A DNA stretch of 64,000 nucleotides, taken from an uncultured Candidatus Binatia bacterium. GTDB taxonomy: Bacteria > Desulfobacterota > Binatia > Bin18. Made by a program: the position numbers and the translations under genes. The stretch lies in NCBI GenBank assembly GCA_965243735.1, contig CBDEVZ010000008.1, positions 1,624,302 to 1,688,301 on the forward strand, written 5' to 3'. The notes beneath the pieces are model-generated. The model saw only the letters and a program-made list of their open reading frames with translations, was not told the origin of the DNA and did not search any database. Position 1 is the stretch's first letter. Each line of letters begins with the position of its first letter. Below, piece by piece: positions 29,501 to 38,300 of this stretch.

Positions 29501-31786
29501 ACGGTGACGGTAGAGGGGACGGTGACGGGGCTGACCGTGAACCCGACGACGCTGACCATCACGGACGATGACCCGCCACCGACAGTGACGCTGGAGGTGG
29601 CGGACAATTCGATCACCGAGAGTGGCGCGGATAACAACACGACAGTGAGGGCGACGCTCAGTCATCCGTCAAGCGAGGTGACGACGGTGGAGGTGACGGC
29701 TACGGCCGTGCCGCCGGCGGTGGACGGTGACTTCACCCTGAGCGGAGCGAGTTTGACCATCCCGGCCAGGCAGACAGAGAGCAGCGGGAGCGCGACGCTG
29801 ACGGCGCAGGATAACGCGGAGGATGAGGTGGACAAGCGGGTGCGCGTGACCGCGCGGGCGACCAACACCCAAGGGGTCAGGTCGACGACTGTGGCAGCGG
29901 TCACCGTGACGATCACCGATGACGACCCACCTAAGGTGGAGGGCGAGATCGCTCCAACGTACGTGGAGGGCGGGACGGGGCCGGTAGCGACGTACACGGC
30001 GAGTAACCCGGCCAATGTCAGGCTGACGTGGTCGCTGGATGGCACTGACAAAGACACCTTTACCATCCCGAACGGGGTGCTGCGCTTCAAGCAGTCCCCG
30101 GACTATGAGGATCCGAACAACTCGGACAAAGAATATGCGGTCACCGTGCAGGCCTCCGACGGGACGGTCACCGGCGAATTGCCGGTCCTCGTCACCGTTG
30201 AGGATGCATTGGGCACAGTCCGTTTGTCCGCGTCACAGCCCAGGGTTGGGTCCTCGCTGACGGCGACAGTGAGTGACCCGGACGGCGTGGATACGGCCAC
30301 CACCGAGTGGTGCTGGGAGCGCTCCCTCCTCCCGAGCCCCCAGGCGGATACCACTGAGGCCGACTGCACCCCGACCACGGCGGCGACTTATACGCCGGTA
30401 GACGACGACCTCGGCCACTATCTGCGGGCCACGGTGACCTATACCGACAACCAGGAGACACCCAAAAGAGAGGCCGTAGAGGCGGTGACGACGAACACGG
30501 TCTTGGCGCGAGGCGGCGGCGGTAGGGATGGTGGAGGCGGGGGCGGCGGAGGTGGAGGTGGGGGCGGCGGAGGTGGGGGCGGTAGAGGCGGCGGCAGTGC
30601 CCCTGCCTGTACGCAGGACGATGTGCACGGCAACAGTCCGACCCAGGCCACTGACATTGCGCTGTCTGCTGTGACTGCCGGAGCGATCTGTCCCGCTGGC
30701 GACGTGGATTATTTTGCCGTGACCGCTCCCGGCCGGGGCCTCCTCTTTGTGGAGACCTTCGGTGGGGCGAGTCCTCGCGGCACGCTCTGGCAGGACGGCG
30801 CGGTCTTGGCGTCCGGTCCCCGCCCGGATACTCGGCTGGGCGCCCGCGTGGAGGCCGGCCCAGTCGTCGTAGCGCTGCAAGGGCAGGGGGGAGCGACTGG
30901 GGCATATGAGGTGATCATCACCTTCGTGCAGGGCTTTCTGGAGAACCCTGGCTCCGCCTCGTTCCAAAGTGGGGTGGGGGTGCTGTCGGGCTGGGTGTGT
31001 GAAGCGGACATGGCGGAGATCGAGTTGAACGGGGTGCCGCAGGAGGCGGCGTATGGAACGGATCGGCTGGACACAGCCGGCGTCTGTGGCGACGTGGACA
31101 ATGGGTTTGGCCTCTTGTTCAACTGGAACCTGTTAGGCGACGGCGTGCATGCCATCGTTGCTCTGGTCGATGGGGTGGAGTTAGGCCGGGTGACGGTGAC
31201 GGTGACCACGCTGGGCGCGGAGTTTCTGCGGGGCGTGGCAGGGGAGTGTGTGGTGGCCGACTTCCCGAGTGCGGGCGAAAGTGTGCGACTGGTATGGCAG
31301 GAGGCACAGCAGAATTTCGTGCTGGCCGAGGGCGCTGCGCCGACAGGGGCTTCCCGCTCCGGGACGCCCGGCGTCGGGGTTCTGGAGAACCCGAGTCCAC
31401 GCTCGTTTCAGAGTGGGATCGGCGTGCTGTCGGGCTGGGTATGCGAGGCGGAGGAAGTCGTTATTACGATTGGCGACCTGGCCCCACAAGTAGCCGGCTA
31501 CGGCACCGAGCGCCTGGACACCCAAGGCGTGTGTGGGGACACGGCCAACGGCTTCGGCTTGCTGTTCAACTGGAACCTGCTGGGCGACGGAGCGCACGAA
31601 GTGGTAGCCAGCGTAGATGGGGTCGAGTTGGGCCGGACCACGGTACGGGTGACGACCTTGGGCGAGGAGTTCGTGCGGGGCGCTGTGGGGGAGTGTGTGG
31701 TGGCGGACTTCCCGCATCCGGGCGCGACGGTAACGCTCACCTGGCAGGAGTCCAGCCAGAACTTTGTGATTACCCAAGTGGAGTGA
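23576..31786 (+). CDS. Giant secreted metzincin paralog (2736 aa): reprolysin-like protease (HELGHIMGLLHD), Calx-beta, Ig-like, GLUG-like repeats, FN3, cadherin, ~10 Calx-beta/Ig-like modules, long poly-Gly linker, PPC, tandem novel CTD (A 30931-31350, B ~31375-31783)
   Basis: Same domain order as 12051..19100. DVDYFAV PPC motif. CTD-B is ~95% identical in nucleotide sequence to the CTD-B of gene 38292..41519. Confidence 0.85.
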   Translation: MIPLPSWSAAPHLKRLLLAALLLLPLLSGGMVHAQSVIDVAVFYTTAAKDAQGGTEQIETKIDELVVAANMAYTDSDVNQTIKLVAAEEVAYPETGSIRIDVERLRDPSDGYLDEVHTIRDRVHADIVILLRAQWDGEISGVAYTMGTESTTHAPNAFGVSIVDASTFAHELGHIMGLLHDRYEACQHNTATPQCRSSVVAPYAYGYVNQAAFESGAATSKRWRTIMATNKQCADNSPSFNCDRVLYFSNPDNSYPDADGDPMGVSGTQDTTDIDGPADAAQALDDTRDTVADFREGRAVQVSFAAGAYAVTEGGSVTVTVQLDVAPGRTLDMPIALTATSPDGAWPGDYSLPASVTFSASQTTQTFTFRATQDTRQEDEETVILGFGTPLPAGVSVGSQATATVTLTDNDTVAAAPSVSTVEIVSDPGAAYAAGEEIVVAVVFTKPISVTGVPSIELTVGTNTRTALCQDVASEVLTCTYTVVADESDTDGVSVVANSLALNGGTIQDEETTPQDAALTHDAVAADSAHTVDGDTPDLESATVDEDTVTLTYDEALDETSVPRANAFTVTAGSTTVLTTSVEVSGEVVTLDLVSRVAHDDSVTLTYSPSTGTPSLRDAAGNAAATLSSYALTNNTPQPVYDTDDDRLIEIATLAQLNAVRHDLDGDGTPTTTGAADYAAAFPDATRVVCGVTSGGCAGYELTVDLDFDTSGDGQIDADDEYWNSGAGWVPIGTASDRFRTTFEGNGRAIRHLFIKRSSSDNVGLFGYTGLSSVIRHARLRDVAVQGKRGVGGLAGTNQGSVTENSATGRVEGGSGSVGGLVGINFGEIHASYATVRVVGGFHAGGLVGQVSGDIFASYATGRVSGTSGVGGLGGRMATDGQGNIQASYATGSVSGNNHVGGLIGSFAAGTIHASYATGRVAGNGSAVGGLVGESPDDPTITASYWDTRTSGRTNSAGGDGQTTTALQTPTGYTTGSIYADWNVDLDGDTTTDDPWDFGTASQYPALRVDFDGDDTATWEEFGQQLREIPTLTPDTSTVGQVDLSWTAVTNSAGSAAVTYTVMRGDTPIAEDLSTTTYTDTDVTSGSEYTYQVIALVDGGEATRSARLAVTATANQKPAFDEGDSAMRSADENTASGVNIGDPVAATDIDDTSLIYTLGGTDATSFDIVSTTGQLQTKTALNYEAKRRYTVSISVRDGKNNDGEADMTTDDTITVTIDVGNLDEAGTVTLSGTPAQAGRQLTATLSDLDGGLSGISWQWERSSDQSNWTDITGETSTQYTPVAGDMGDYLRATARYTDGQGSGKSAAAVTAQVQAAPVVELRLSPPRIDEDGGTSTGVSRVTAHLLNNRTSLAKTTVRVTATALAPAQAGDFTLSGNQLTIAAGALASTETVTITARNNNVDAPDKTVTVSGLATNSDGVTGPASVDLTITDDDPAPSVELVLSPAQISENNQVSTVSARLSHPSSADTTVTVSSQAVSPAVAGDFMLSTNTTLTITAGATASSGTAVTLTSVDNSTDAPNKQVTVSGTATNTHGIAGNPDNATLLITDDEGAPRVTLTLSETQIDESGADNSATLAVTLSHASSAATTVTVSTDPAEAVTLSPNPLTISAGNTEGTVTLTAVDNEIDGPETKRVTISAEAENDQGVTDPANKTLTIADDDNPPVVTLELSATPIDENGGQSTLTASLDRASSQQIVVTVATATEYALSTPRTLTIPAGKTASEGNTVTLTAKDNNIDAADAEITVEGTANLSGLTVTGVELTITDDDTRGVTVSESTLSIKEGQTDTYTVVLDSQPTATVTVTLAVTQTDDAVGTNQASLTFAPGNWNTAQTVTVRAADDTVENIPPKTATITHTVTGGDYGENNVRAASVSVTVTDDESASTAVTLRVNPEAVTEGSSNRTVTVTGELDGAPRGTDTTVTISVTSGSGDEAAVEGTDFDEVADFTLTIKAGQPSGMATFTLTTENDTIDEPDETVTVEGTVTGLTVNPTTLTITDDDPPPTVTLEVADNSITESGADNNTTVRATLSHPSSEVTTVEVTATAVPPAVDGDFTLSGASLTIPARQTESSGSATLTAQDNAEDEVDKRVRVTARATNTQGVRSTTVAAVTVTITDDDPPKVEGEIAPTYVEGGTGPVATYTASNPANVRLTWSLDGTDKDTFTIPNGVLRFKQSPDYEDPNNSDKEYAVTVQASDGTVTGELPVLVTVEDALGTVRLSASQPRVGSSLTATVSDPDGVDTATTEWCWERSLLPSPQADTTEADCTPTTAATYTPVDDDLGHYLRATVTYTDNQETPKREAVEAVTTNTVLARGGGGRDGGGGGGGGGGGGGGGGGGRGGGSAPACTQDDVHGNSPTQATDIALSAVTAGAICPAGDVDYFAVTAPGRGLLFVETFGGASPRGTLWQDGAVLASGPRPDTRLGARVEAGPVVVALQGQGGATGAYEVIITFVQGFLENPGSASFQSGVGVLSGWVCEADMAEIELNGVPQEAAYGTDRLDTAGVCGDVDNGFGLLFNWNLLGDGVHAIVALVDGVELGRVTVTVTTLGAEFLRGVAGECVVADFPSAGESVRLVWQEAQQNFVLAEGAAPTGASRSGTPGVGVLENPSPRSFQSGIGVLSGWVCEAEEVVITIGDLAPQVAGYGTERLDTQGVCGDTANGFGLLFNWNLLGDGAHEVVASVDGVELGRTTVRVTTLGEEFVRGAVGECVVADFPHPGATVTLTWQESSQNFVITQVE

Positions 31787-31897
31787 GCCCCACCGGGGTG
31801 AATCCGCGCGGCTTGTTCGCATTTTCTTTCATTTTCTCGGTCCTCTCTGCCCATCTGGGCAGCGTATTTTTCCTGACGATCATGTACAGGCAGTGAA
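31787..31897 (+). promoter_or_regulatory. Post-stop module M5: hairpin, CT tract (31811-31846), palindrome CTGCCCATCTGGGCAGCG (31847-31864), TGTACAGGCAG box (~31884)
   Basis: Conserved module family. Confidence 0.45.
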
Positions 31898-34800
31898 CCT
31901 CTTGCCTGGTGCAGGCAACTCGCTTGTGAGGGGCAGGAGAACTGAACCCGGCCGCAGGGCAGGGAAGAGTGACCATGCGGATGGCCCGGCAATTTTTTCT
32001 ATGCGAACAGGCCATTATGGCAGACAGGGCGCGGAGAAGCGCTTGTTTCTCCTGGTCAGAATTTTTCAAACCGAGACACTCTCTCCATTCCTCCGGCGTT
32101 CCGGTAAGAGACTGCCGCTGCGGCTCGCTTCCCGCAGCGTTCTGGCGCTCCTTGCCGGCATCCTGACCCTGCTGCCTCCGGTCGTTCTGGCCCAGGCGGA
32201 CGACCCGGCGCTGAGCGTGGACATCTGCGACCGCACCGAACAGGTGAGGTCGAGGATACTGCTGAAGGTCTCCGCCACCGACTGCACCGATGTTTCGACG
32301 AGTGAGCTGGCAGCGATCACCACGCTGAGTGCGACCTCGAACGGCGTCCTCTCCTTGCGAGCTGGTGATTTCGCCGGGCTGACCGGTCTGAAGAAGCTGT
32401 ACTTGGCAAGAAATCATCTGATCGGTCTGCCGGCGGATATCTTCGCCGAACTGTCCAGTCTGACGGAGTTGGACTTGGCAAGCAATCGACTGATCAGTCT
32501 GCCGGCGGGCCTCTTCGATGCCCTGTCCAGTCTGGGGAAACTGAACCTGTCAAACAACCCCGACCTGTCCTACTCGCCCTATCTGCTGAGCCCATTGACC
32601 AGCCTGACACAGCTCAACGGTACAGCGTACACCTCCCCGGCGCCTCCCGGCGCCCCGACTGGCCTGACGGCAGCGTTCACCGACGAACACATCGCCCTCA
32701 GTTGGACCTCCCCGGCAACCGGCACCCCTACCAGCTACCGGATTCTGCGCCAAGCGGGCACCGATCCACAGGCAGTCTATGTCGCGGACACCTACGCTGC
32801 CCACCGGGACGCCGTCACGTATACCGACACCGGCGTGACCGCTGGTGAGACCTATACCTACCAGATTCAGGCCCTGAACGCGGGAGGCGCCAGTGCCGGG
32901 TCCAACCTGGCGGTCGCAGTCGTGGACATCTGTGGCCGCACCGAGTCCGTGCGCACCACAATACTCGCGGTGGTCACCGCTACCGACTGCGCGCTCGTGT
33001 CCATTAGCGAACTGGCAGCCATCACCAGCCTGGACCTGAGCGGCGCGTCCATCACCACGTTGCAAGCGGGTGATTTTGCCGGAATGACCGGCGTGACCAC
33101 GCTGGACCAGCCTGACGATCTCGACGCGTCGGCCTACTCGCCCTATCTGCTGAGCCGGCTGACCAGCCTGACGCAGCTCAATGGGGCGTCGTACACCCGT
33201 CCGGCGCCCCCCGGCGCCCCGACTGGCCTGACGGCAACGTTCACCGACGGACACATCGCCCTCCGCTGGACGGCCCCGGCGACCGGCGCCCCCACCAGCT
33301 ACCGGATTCTGCGCCAAGAGGGGGTCGGTTCGCAGGTAGTGTATGTGGCGGACACCTACGCTGCCGGCGGGACGGCGGTGACCTACACCGACACCGGCGT
33401 GACCGCTGGTGAGACCTACTGGTATCAGGTTCAGGCGCTGAACGCGGGGGGCGCCAGCGCCGGGTCCAACATGGCGGCAGCGAGAGCGTTCGTGCCGGTG
33501 AACATCTGTGGTCGCACCAGCCGGATGCAGAGGGCGATACTGGCCAAGCCGGTGGTGATCGCCACCGACTGCGCCCTGGTCTCACCGAACAAGTTGGCCG
33601 CCATCACCAACCTGGAACTGGGAAATGGCTACCTGCACTCGTTGCGCTCGCGTGATTTCGCTGGCATGACGGGCCTGATGAGGTTGGACTTGCACGGCAA
33701 TCGTATAACTCGGTTGCCGGCAGGCGTCTTCGACGAGCTGCCCAACCTCACGTATCTGAATCTCGACGCTACTAACCTGATGGCGTTGCCGGCGGGGGTG
33801 TTTGACAAGCTGACGAAGCTGACCACGCTGGACCTCTGCGCTAATGAACTGAGGACGTTGCCGGCGGGGATATTTGACAAGCTGACGGAGCTGACCACCC
33901 TGGAACTATACCTCAATGATCTGAGGACATTGCCGGCGGGTATCTTCGACCGCCTGCCCAACCTGACCAAGCTGTATCTCTACAGAAATGAGCTAACGTC
34001 GTTACGGGCGGGGGTGTTTGACAAGCTGATGAATCTGAGCAGCTTGCTGCTACACGAAAATGATCTGACCAGTCTGCCGGAGGGCATCTTCGACGAACTG
34101 TCCAGTCTGAGAGAGCTGAACTTGGCAGAAAATGACCTGACCAGTCTGCCGGCAGGCATCTTCGATGAACTGTCCAACCTGACGGAGCTGAACCTCGTAG
34201 ACAACTCCAACCTGTCCTACTCGCCCTATCTGCTGAGCCCGCTGACCAGCCTGACGCGGCTCAGCTATGCCCATTACACCCGTCCGGCGCCCCCCGGCGC
34301 CCCGACTGACCTGACGGCAACGGTCCGAGCCGCTGGTATCCACCTCAGTTGGACCGCTCCGGCGACCGGCACCCCCACCAGCTACCGGATTCTACGCCAA
34401 GCGGGCACCGATCCGCAGGAAGTCTACGTCGCGGACACCTACGACACCGGCGGGACGGCGGTGACCTACACCGACACCGCTGTGGCCGCCGGCGAGACCT
34501 ATACCTACCAGGTCCAGGCGCTGAACGCGGGGGGCGCCAGCGCCGGCTCCAACGAGGCTGAAGCGACCATGTCTTCCGTGGCAAACATTTGCGACCGTAC
34601 CGGGCCAGTCCTGACTGCCATACTGGCGCAGGTCTCCGGCACCGCCTGTGGTCGCGTGCTAACGAGCCAACTGGCAGCGATCACCAGCCTGGACCTGAGC
34701 GGAGCGTCCATCGCCGCGTTGCAAGCGAGTGATTTCGCCGGGCTGTCCGGCCTGACCAGCCTGGGTCTGAGCGACAATACTCTCGGTGCGTTGCCGCCGG

Positions 34801-36032
34801 GCGTGTTTGACCCCCTGTCCAGTTTGACAACGCTGGACTTGAGCGACAATGCCTTGACCGCGTTACCGGCGGGCGTCTTCGATGCCCTGTCCAGCCTGAC
34901 GACGCTGAACCTGGCCAACAACTCCGCTCTGTCCTACTCGCCCGAAGCGTTGAGCCCATTGACCAGCCTGACGCGCCTCAACGGGGAATCGTACACCCCT
35001 CCGGCCCCCTCAAACGCCCCGACTGACCTGGCGGCGACTATCACCACCGGTGGGATCGCCCTCCATTGGACGGCCCCCACGACCGGGGTGGTCACCAGCT
35101 ACCGGATTCTGCGTCAGGAGGGGGCCGGTCCACAGGAAGTCCATGTCGCGGACACCTACGCGAGCGGCGGGGCGGCGGTGACCTATACCGACGCCGACAT
35201 CACGGTCGGCGAGACCTACCGGTATCAGGTTCAGGCGCTGAACGCGGGCGGGGCCAGTCCCAAATCCAACGAGGCGGTTGTGGCGCTGACTGCGGTGGTG
35301 GACCTCTGCGACCGCACAGAGCCCGTGCAGACCGCCGTCGTGGAGGCGGTCCACACCATCACCTGCGCCCCCTTTTCAGCTGTCAAGCTGGCGGCGATCT
35401 CCATCCTGGACCTGAGCGGGCAACACATACGCGCGTTGCGAGCGAATGATTTCGCCGGCATGTCCGGCCTGACGGTGCTGAATCTGCGCGAGACCGATGT
35501 AGAGTCGTTGGAGGCGGGGGTGTTCGACCCCCTGCCCGACCTGATCACGCTGGATCTGCACGGGAATCAGCTCGAGTCGTTACCGGGCGGAGTGTTCGAC
35601 GCACTGTCCCAACTGGCCACGCTGGACTTGAGCAACAATCTCCTGCGCGGGTTACCGGCAGGCGTGTTTGACTACCTGTCCGCGCTCACGACGCTGGACC
35701 TGAGCAACAATAACCTCAGTGCGCTGCCGCCGGGCGTGTTTGACCACCTGTCCAGTCTGACCACGCTGGACTTGAGCAACAATGCGCTGGCCGCACTGCC
35801 GGCGGATCTCTTCGATGCTCTGTCCAATCTGGCCACACTGGACCTGAGCAACAATACGCTAACCGCGCTACCCGCGGGCATCTTCGATGTCCTGTCCAAT
35901 CTGACCACGCTGCGTCTCAACAATAACCCCGACCTGTCCTACTCGCCCGAAGTGTTGAGTCGGCTGACCCGCCTGACGCGCCTCAACGGCGCCCCGTATA
36001 CCCCCCCCAGCGCTCCCGAGCACCCCGACTAG
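31893..36032 (+). CDS. Secreted LRR + FN3 modular protein (six LRR-block/FN3 units); N-terminal portion of a frameshifted gene that continues in ORF 36076..38169
   Basis: Signal peptide (LASRSVLALLAGILTLLPPVVLAQA); probable start ATG 32001. LRR consensus L..L.L..N.L..LP.G.F. FN3 (APPGAPTGL...YRILRQ...YQVQALNAGGAS). The ORF ends just after a C8 tract (36001-36008). The +1 frame continues the same FN3 repeat into the next ORF. Confidence 0.75.
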   Translation: MNLLPGAGNSLVRGRRTEPGRRAGKSDHADGPAIFSMRTGHYGRQGAEKRLFLLVRIFQTETLSPFLRRSGKRLPLRLASRSVLALLAGILTLLPPVVLAQADDPALSVDICDRTEQVRSRILLKVSATDCTDVSTSELAAITTLSATSNGVLSLRAGDFAGLTGLKKLYLARNHLIGLPADIFAELSSLTELDLASNRLISLPAGLFDALSSLGKLNLSNNPDLSYSPYLLSPLTSLTQLNGTAYTSPAPPGAPTGLTAAFTDEHIALSWTSPATGTPTSYRILRQAGTDPQAVYVADTYAAHRDAVTYTDTGVTAGETYTYQIQALNAGGASAGSNLAVAVVDICGRTESVRTTILAVVTATDCALVSISELAAITSLDLSGASITTLQAGDFAGMTGVTTLDQPDDLDASAYSPYLLSRLTSLTQLNGASYTRPAPPGAPTGLTATFTDGHIALRWTAPATGAPTSYRILRQEGVGSQVVYVADTYAAGGTAVTYTDTGVTAGETYWYQVQALNAGGASAGSNMAAARAFVPVNICGRTSRMQRAILAKPVVIATDCALVSPNKLAAITNLELGNGYLHSLRSRDFAGMTGLMRLDLHGNRITRLPAGVFDELPNLTYLNLDATNLMALPAGVFDKLTKLTTLDLCANELRTLPAGIFDKLTELTTLELYLNDLRTLPAGIFDRLPNLTKLYLYRNELTSLRAGVFDKLMNLSSLLLHENDLTSLPEGIFDELSSLRELNLAENDLTSLPAGIFDELSNLTELNLVDNSNLSYSPYLLSPLTSLTRLSYAHYTRPAPPGAPTDLTATVRAAGIHLSWTAPATGTPTSYRILRQAGTDPQEVYVADTYDTGGTAVTYTDTAVAAGETYTYQVQALNAGGASAGSNEAEATMSSVANICDRTGPVLTAILAQVSGTACGRVLTSQLAAITSLDLSGASIAALQASDFAGLSGLTSLGLSDNTLGALPPGVFDPLSSLTTLDLSDNALTALPAGVFDALSSLTTLNLANNSALSYSPEALSPLTSLTRLNGESYTPPAPSNAPTDLAATITTGGIALHWTAPTTGVVTSYRILRQEGAGPQEVHVADTYASGGAAVTYTDADITVGETYRYQVQALNAGGASPKSNEAVVALTAVVDLCDRTEPVQTAVVEAVHTITCAPFSAVKLAAISILDLSGQHIRALRANDFAGMSGLTVLNLRETDVESLEAGVFDPLPDLITLDLHGNQLESLPGGVFDALSQLATLDLSNNLLRGLPAGVFDYLSALTTLDLSNNNLSALPPGVFDHLSSLTTLDLSNNALAALPADLFDALSNLATLDLSNNTLTALPAGIFDVLSNLTTLRLNNNPDLSYSPEVLSRLTRLTRLNGAPYTPPSAPEHPD

Positions 36033-36075
36033 CCTGACGGCGACCATCACTAGCGGCGGGATCGCCCTGCACTGG

Positions 36076-38169
36076 ATGGCCCCGGCGACCGGGGTGGTCA
36101 CCAGCTACCGGATTCTGCGCCAAGCGGGCGCCGGTCCACAGGAAGTCTATGTTGCGGACACCTACGCTGCTGGCGGGGCGGCGGTGACCTACACCGACGC
36201 CGACATCACGGTCGGCGAGACCTACCGGTATCAGGTTCAGGCGCTGAACGCGGGCGGAACCAGTCCCCCGTCCAACGAAGCAGTCCTGACTGCCACGAAT
36301 GCCATTTTCAGGGTGACCAGTGCCGGGCCGTTCACGGTCCAAGAAGGAACGACCGCCGTCGCCACGCTCACGGCCTCAGTCTCCAGCACGTCGAGCAACT
36401 CGCTGACCTGGTCTATTCCGTCCGGTCCAGCCGGCGGGGCGGACGGGCACGCGTTCTCGCTCAGTTCCTCCGGCAGCTTGACTTTCAGAGCCGCGAAGGA
36501 TTTCGAGGCGCCGGACGACGCCGACACGGACGGGATCTACGAAGTCACTGTGCAGGTAGACGGTGACGCGGAGGCAGCCCTCGCAGAGGCAACCCTCCGG
36601 GTGACTTTAGACAACGTTGATGAGCCGGCGGTGATCACCTTGTCAACGACGCAGCCGCAGGTTGGGCGTGCCCTGACCGCTACTCTGACCGATCCCGACG
36701 GCACCGTTTCCGGCATTACATGGACGTGGACGTCTTCCGCAGACCACACAAGCTGGACCCCGATCCCAGGAGCTGATTCGGCCGTCTACACACCGCAGGT
36801 CACCGACTTGGGGCACTACCTGCGGGTCACGGCCTCGTACATTGATGATGTCTTTGGGGCCGGCAGGAGCGCCCCGGCGGTGCTGACCGACATCGTGCAG
36901 GTCGCCCCGGTGCGGCGTCCCCCAGAGGGAGGGGGTGGCGGAGGGGGTAGAGGCAACGGCGGCGGCGGTCCTGCCTGCACCCAGGACGACGTGCACGGCA
37001 ACACCGCCGCCCAGGCGACTGTCATTGCCCTGGACACGCTGACGGCGGGGGCCATCTGTCCGGCCGCTGACGTGGATTATTTTACGGTCACCATCCCCGA
37101 GCGAGGGCTCGTCTTTGTCGAGACCACCGGCACGGGGCCGCTCCGGGGGACGATCTTGCAAGATGGCGTGGTCTGGGCATCCGGCCCGATAGGCGGAAGG
37201 CAGGCGCGCGGCCGGCTGGGGGTGCTCGTCCAGGCTGGCCCCGTGGTCGTGGCTGTCCAAGGCCAGGGGAGCGCGACCGGGGCGTACACCCTCGTCGTCA
37301 CCTTCGTGCGGGGCACTCTGGAGAACCCGAGGCCAGCGTCGTTCCAAAGTGGCGTCGGAGTGCTGTCAGGCTGGGTGTGTGAGGCCGAAGAGGTCGAGAT
37401 AGAGATTGTAGGGACTGGGCGGCAAGGGGCGGCGTACGGCACTGAGCGGCTGGACACGGCCGGCGTGTGTGGCGACACGAATAATGGCTTTGGCTTGTTA
37501 TTCAACTGGAACCTGCTGGGCGGCGGCGAGTATGAAGTGGTGGTCTTCGTCGATGGCCTCGTATTGGGCTGGGCAACAGTGCGGGTGACAACCCTGGGGG
37601 AGGAGTTTCTGCGAGACGTGGCAGGGGAGTGTATGGTGGCCGACTTTCCGAGCGCGGGCGAGAGCGTGCGGGTGGTGTGGCAAGAAGCGCAGCAGAGCTT
37701 CGTGCTGGCCGAGGGCAGCGCGCCGACCGGGGCTTCCCGCTCCGGGATAGCTGGGGTGGGCTTTCTGGAGAACCCGAGTGCCAACTCGTTTCAGAGCGGC
37801 ATCGGGGTGATTTCGGGCTGGGTGTGTGCGGCGGATGAGGTGATGATCACGATCGGGGACTTGGCCCCGCAGATGGCCGGCTACGGTACGGAGCGCCTGG
37901 ACACGTTGGCTGTGTGTGGGGACACGGACAACGGCTTCGGCTTGCTGTTCAACTGGAACCTACTGGGGGACGGGGAGCATGAAGTGATCGCCACGGTGGA
38001 TGGGACCGAGTTGGCCCGCACCACGGTGCGGGTGACGACGCTGGGGGAGGAGTTCGTACGGGACGCCGTGGGGGAATGCACGGTGGCGGACTTCCCGCAT
38101 CCGGGCGCGACGGTCACGCTCACCTGGCAGGAGTCCAGACAGAACTTTGTGATTAGCGAGATTGAGTGA
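36076..38169 (+). CDS. C-terminal portion of the LRR-FN3 gene: FN3, cadherin-like, Gly linker, PPC, tandem novel CTD (A 37311-37730, B 37759-38166)
   Basis: Its frame is open from ~36025 and encodes PTSLTATITSGGIALHWMAPATGVVTSYRILRQ, which continues the FN3 repeat of the upstream ORF. DVDYFTV PPC motif. The CTD tandem is the same as in the other giants. Confidence 0.75.
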   Translation: MAPATGVVTSYRILRQAGAGPQEVYVADTYAAGGAAVTYTDADITVGETYRYQVQALNAGGTSPPSNEAVLTATNAIFRVTSAGPFTVQEGTTAVATLTASVSSTSSNSLTWSIPSGPAGGADGHAFSLSSSGSLTFRAAKDFEAPDDADTDGIYEVTVQVDGDAEAALAEATLRVTLDNVDEPAVITLSTTQPQVGRALTATLTDPDGTVSGITWTWTSSADHTSWTPIPGADSAVYTPQVTDLGHYLRVTASYIDDVFGAGRSAPAVLTDIVQVAPVRRPPEGGGGGGGRGNGGGGPACTQDDVHGNTAAQATVIALDTLTAGAICPAADVDYFTVTIPERGLVFVETTGTGPLRGTILQDGVVWASGPIGGRQARGRLGVLVQAGPVVVAVQGQGSATGAYTLVVTFVRGTLENPRPASFQSGVGVLSGWVCEAEEVEIEIVGTGRQGAAYGTERLDTAGVCGDTNNGFGLLFNWNLLGGGEYEVVVFVDGLVLGWATVRVTTLGEEFLRDVAGECMVADFPSAGESVRVVWQEAQQSFVLAEGSAPTGASRSGIAGVGFLENPSANSFQSGIGVISGWVCAADEVMITIGDLAPQMAGYGTERLDTLAVCGDTDNGFGLLFNWNLLGDGEHEVIATVDGTELARTTVRVTTLGEEFVRDAVGECTVADFPHPGATVTLTWQESRQNFVISEIE

Positions 38170-38300
38170 GCCCCACCCCGCGCTTCTGTCGGGGCGGAGC
38201 TTGCCTGCCCGGTTCTCGTTTGTTCCTCCTTTGTCCGTTTTTTTGCCTTTCCTGCCCATTTGGTCAGCGATAGACGCCGTGGCGCTCTTCTATGCTCGTG
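38170..38300 (+). promoter_or_regulatory. Post-stop module M6: CT tract (38210-38251), palindrome CTGCCCATTTGGTCAGCG (38252-38269), TTCTATGCT box (~38286)
   Basis: Conserved module family. Lies immediately upstream of the next giant gene, whose likely true start is ATG 38340. Confidence 0.4.
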
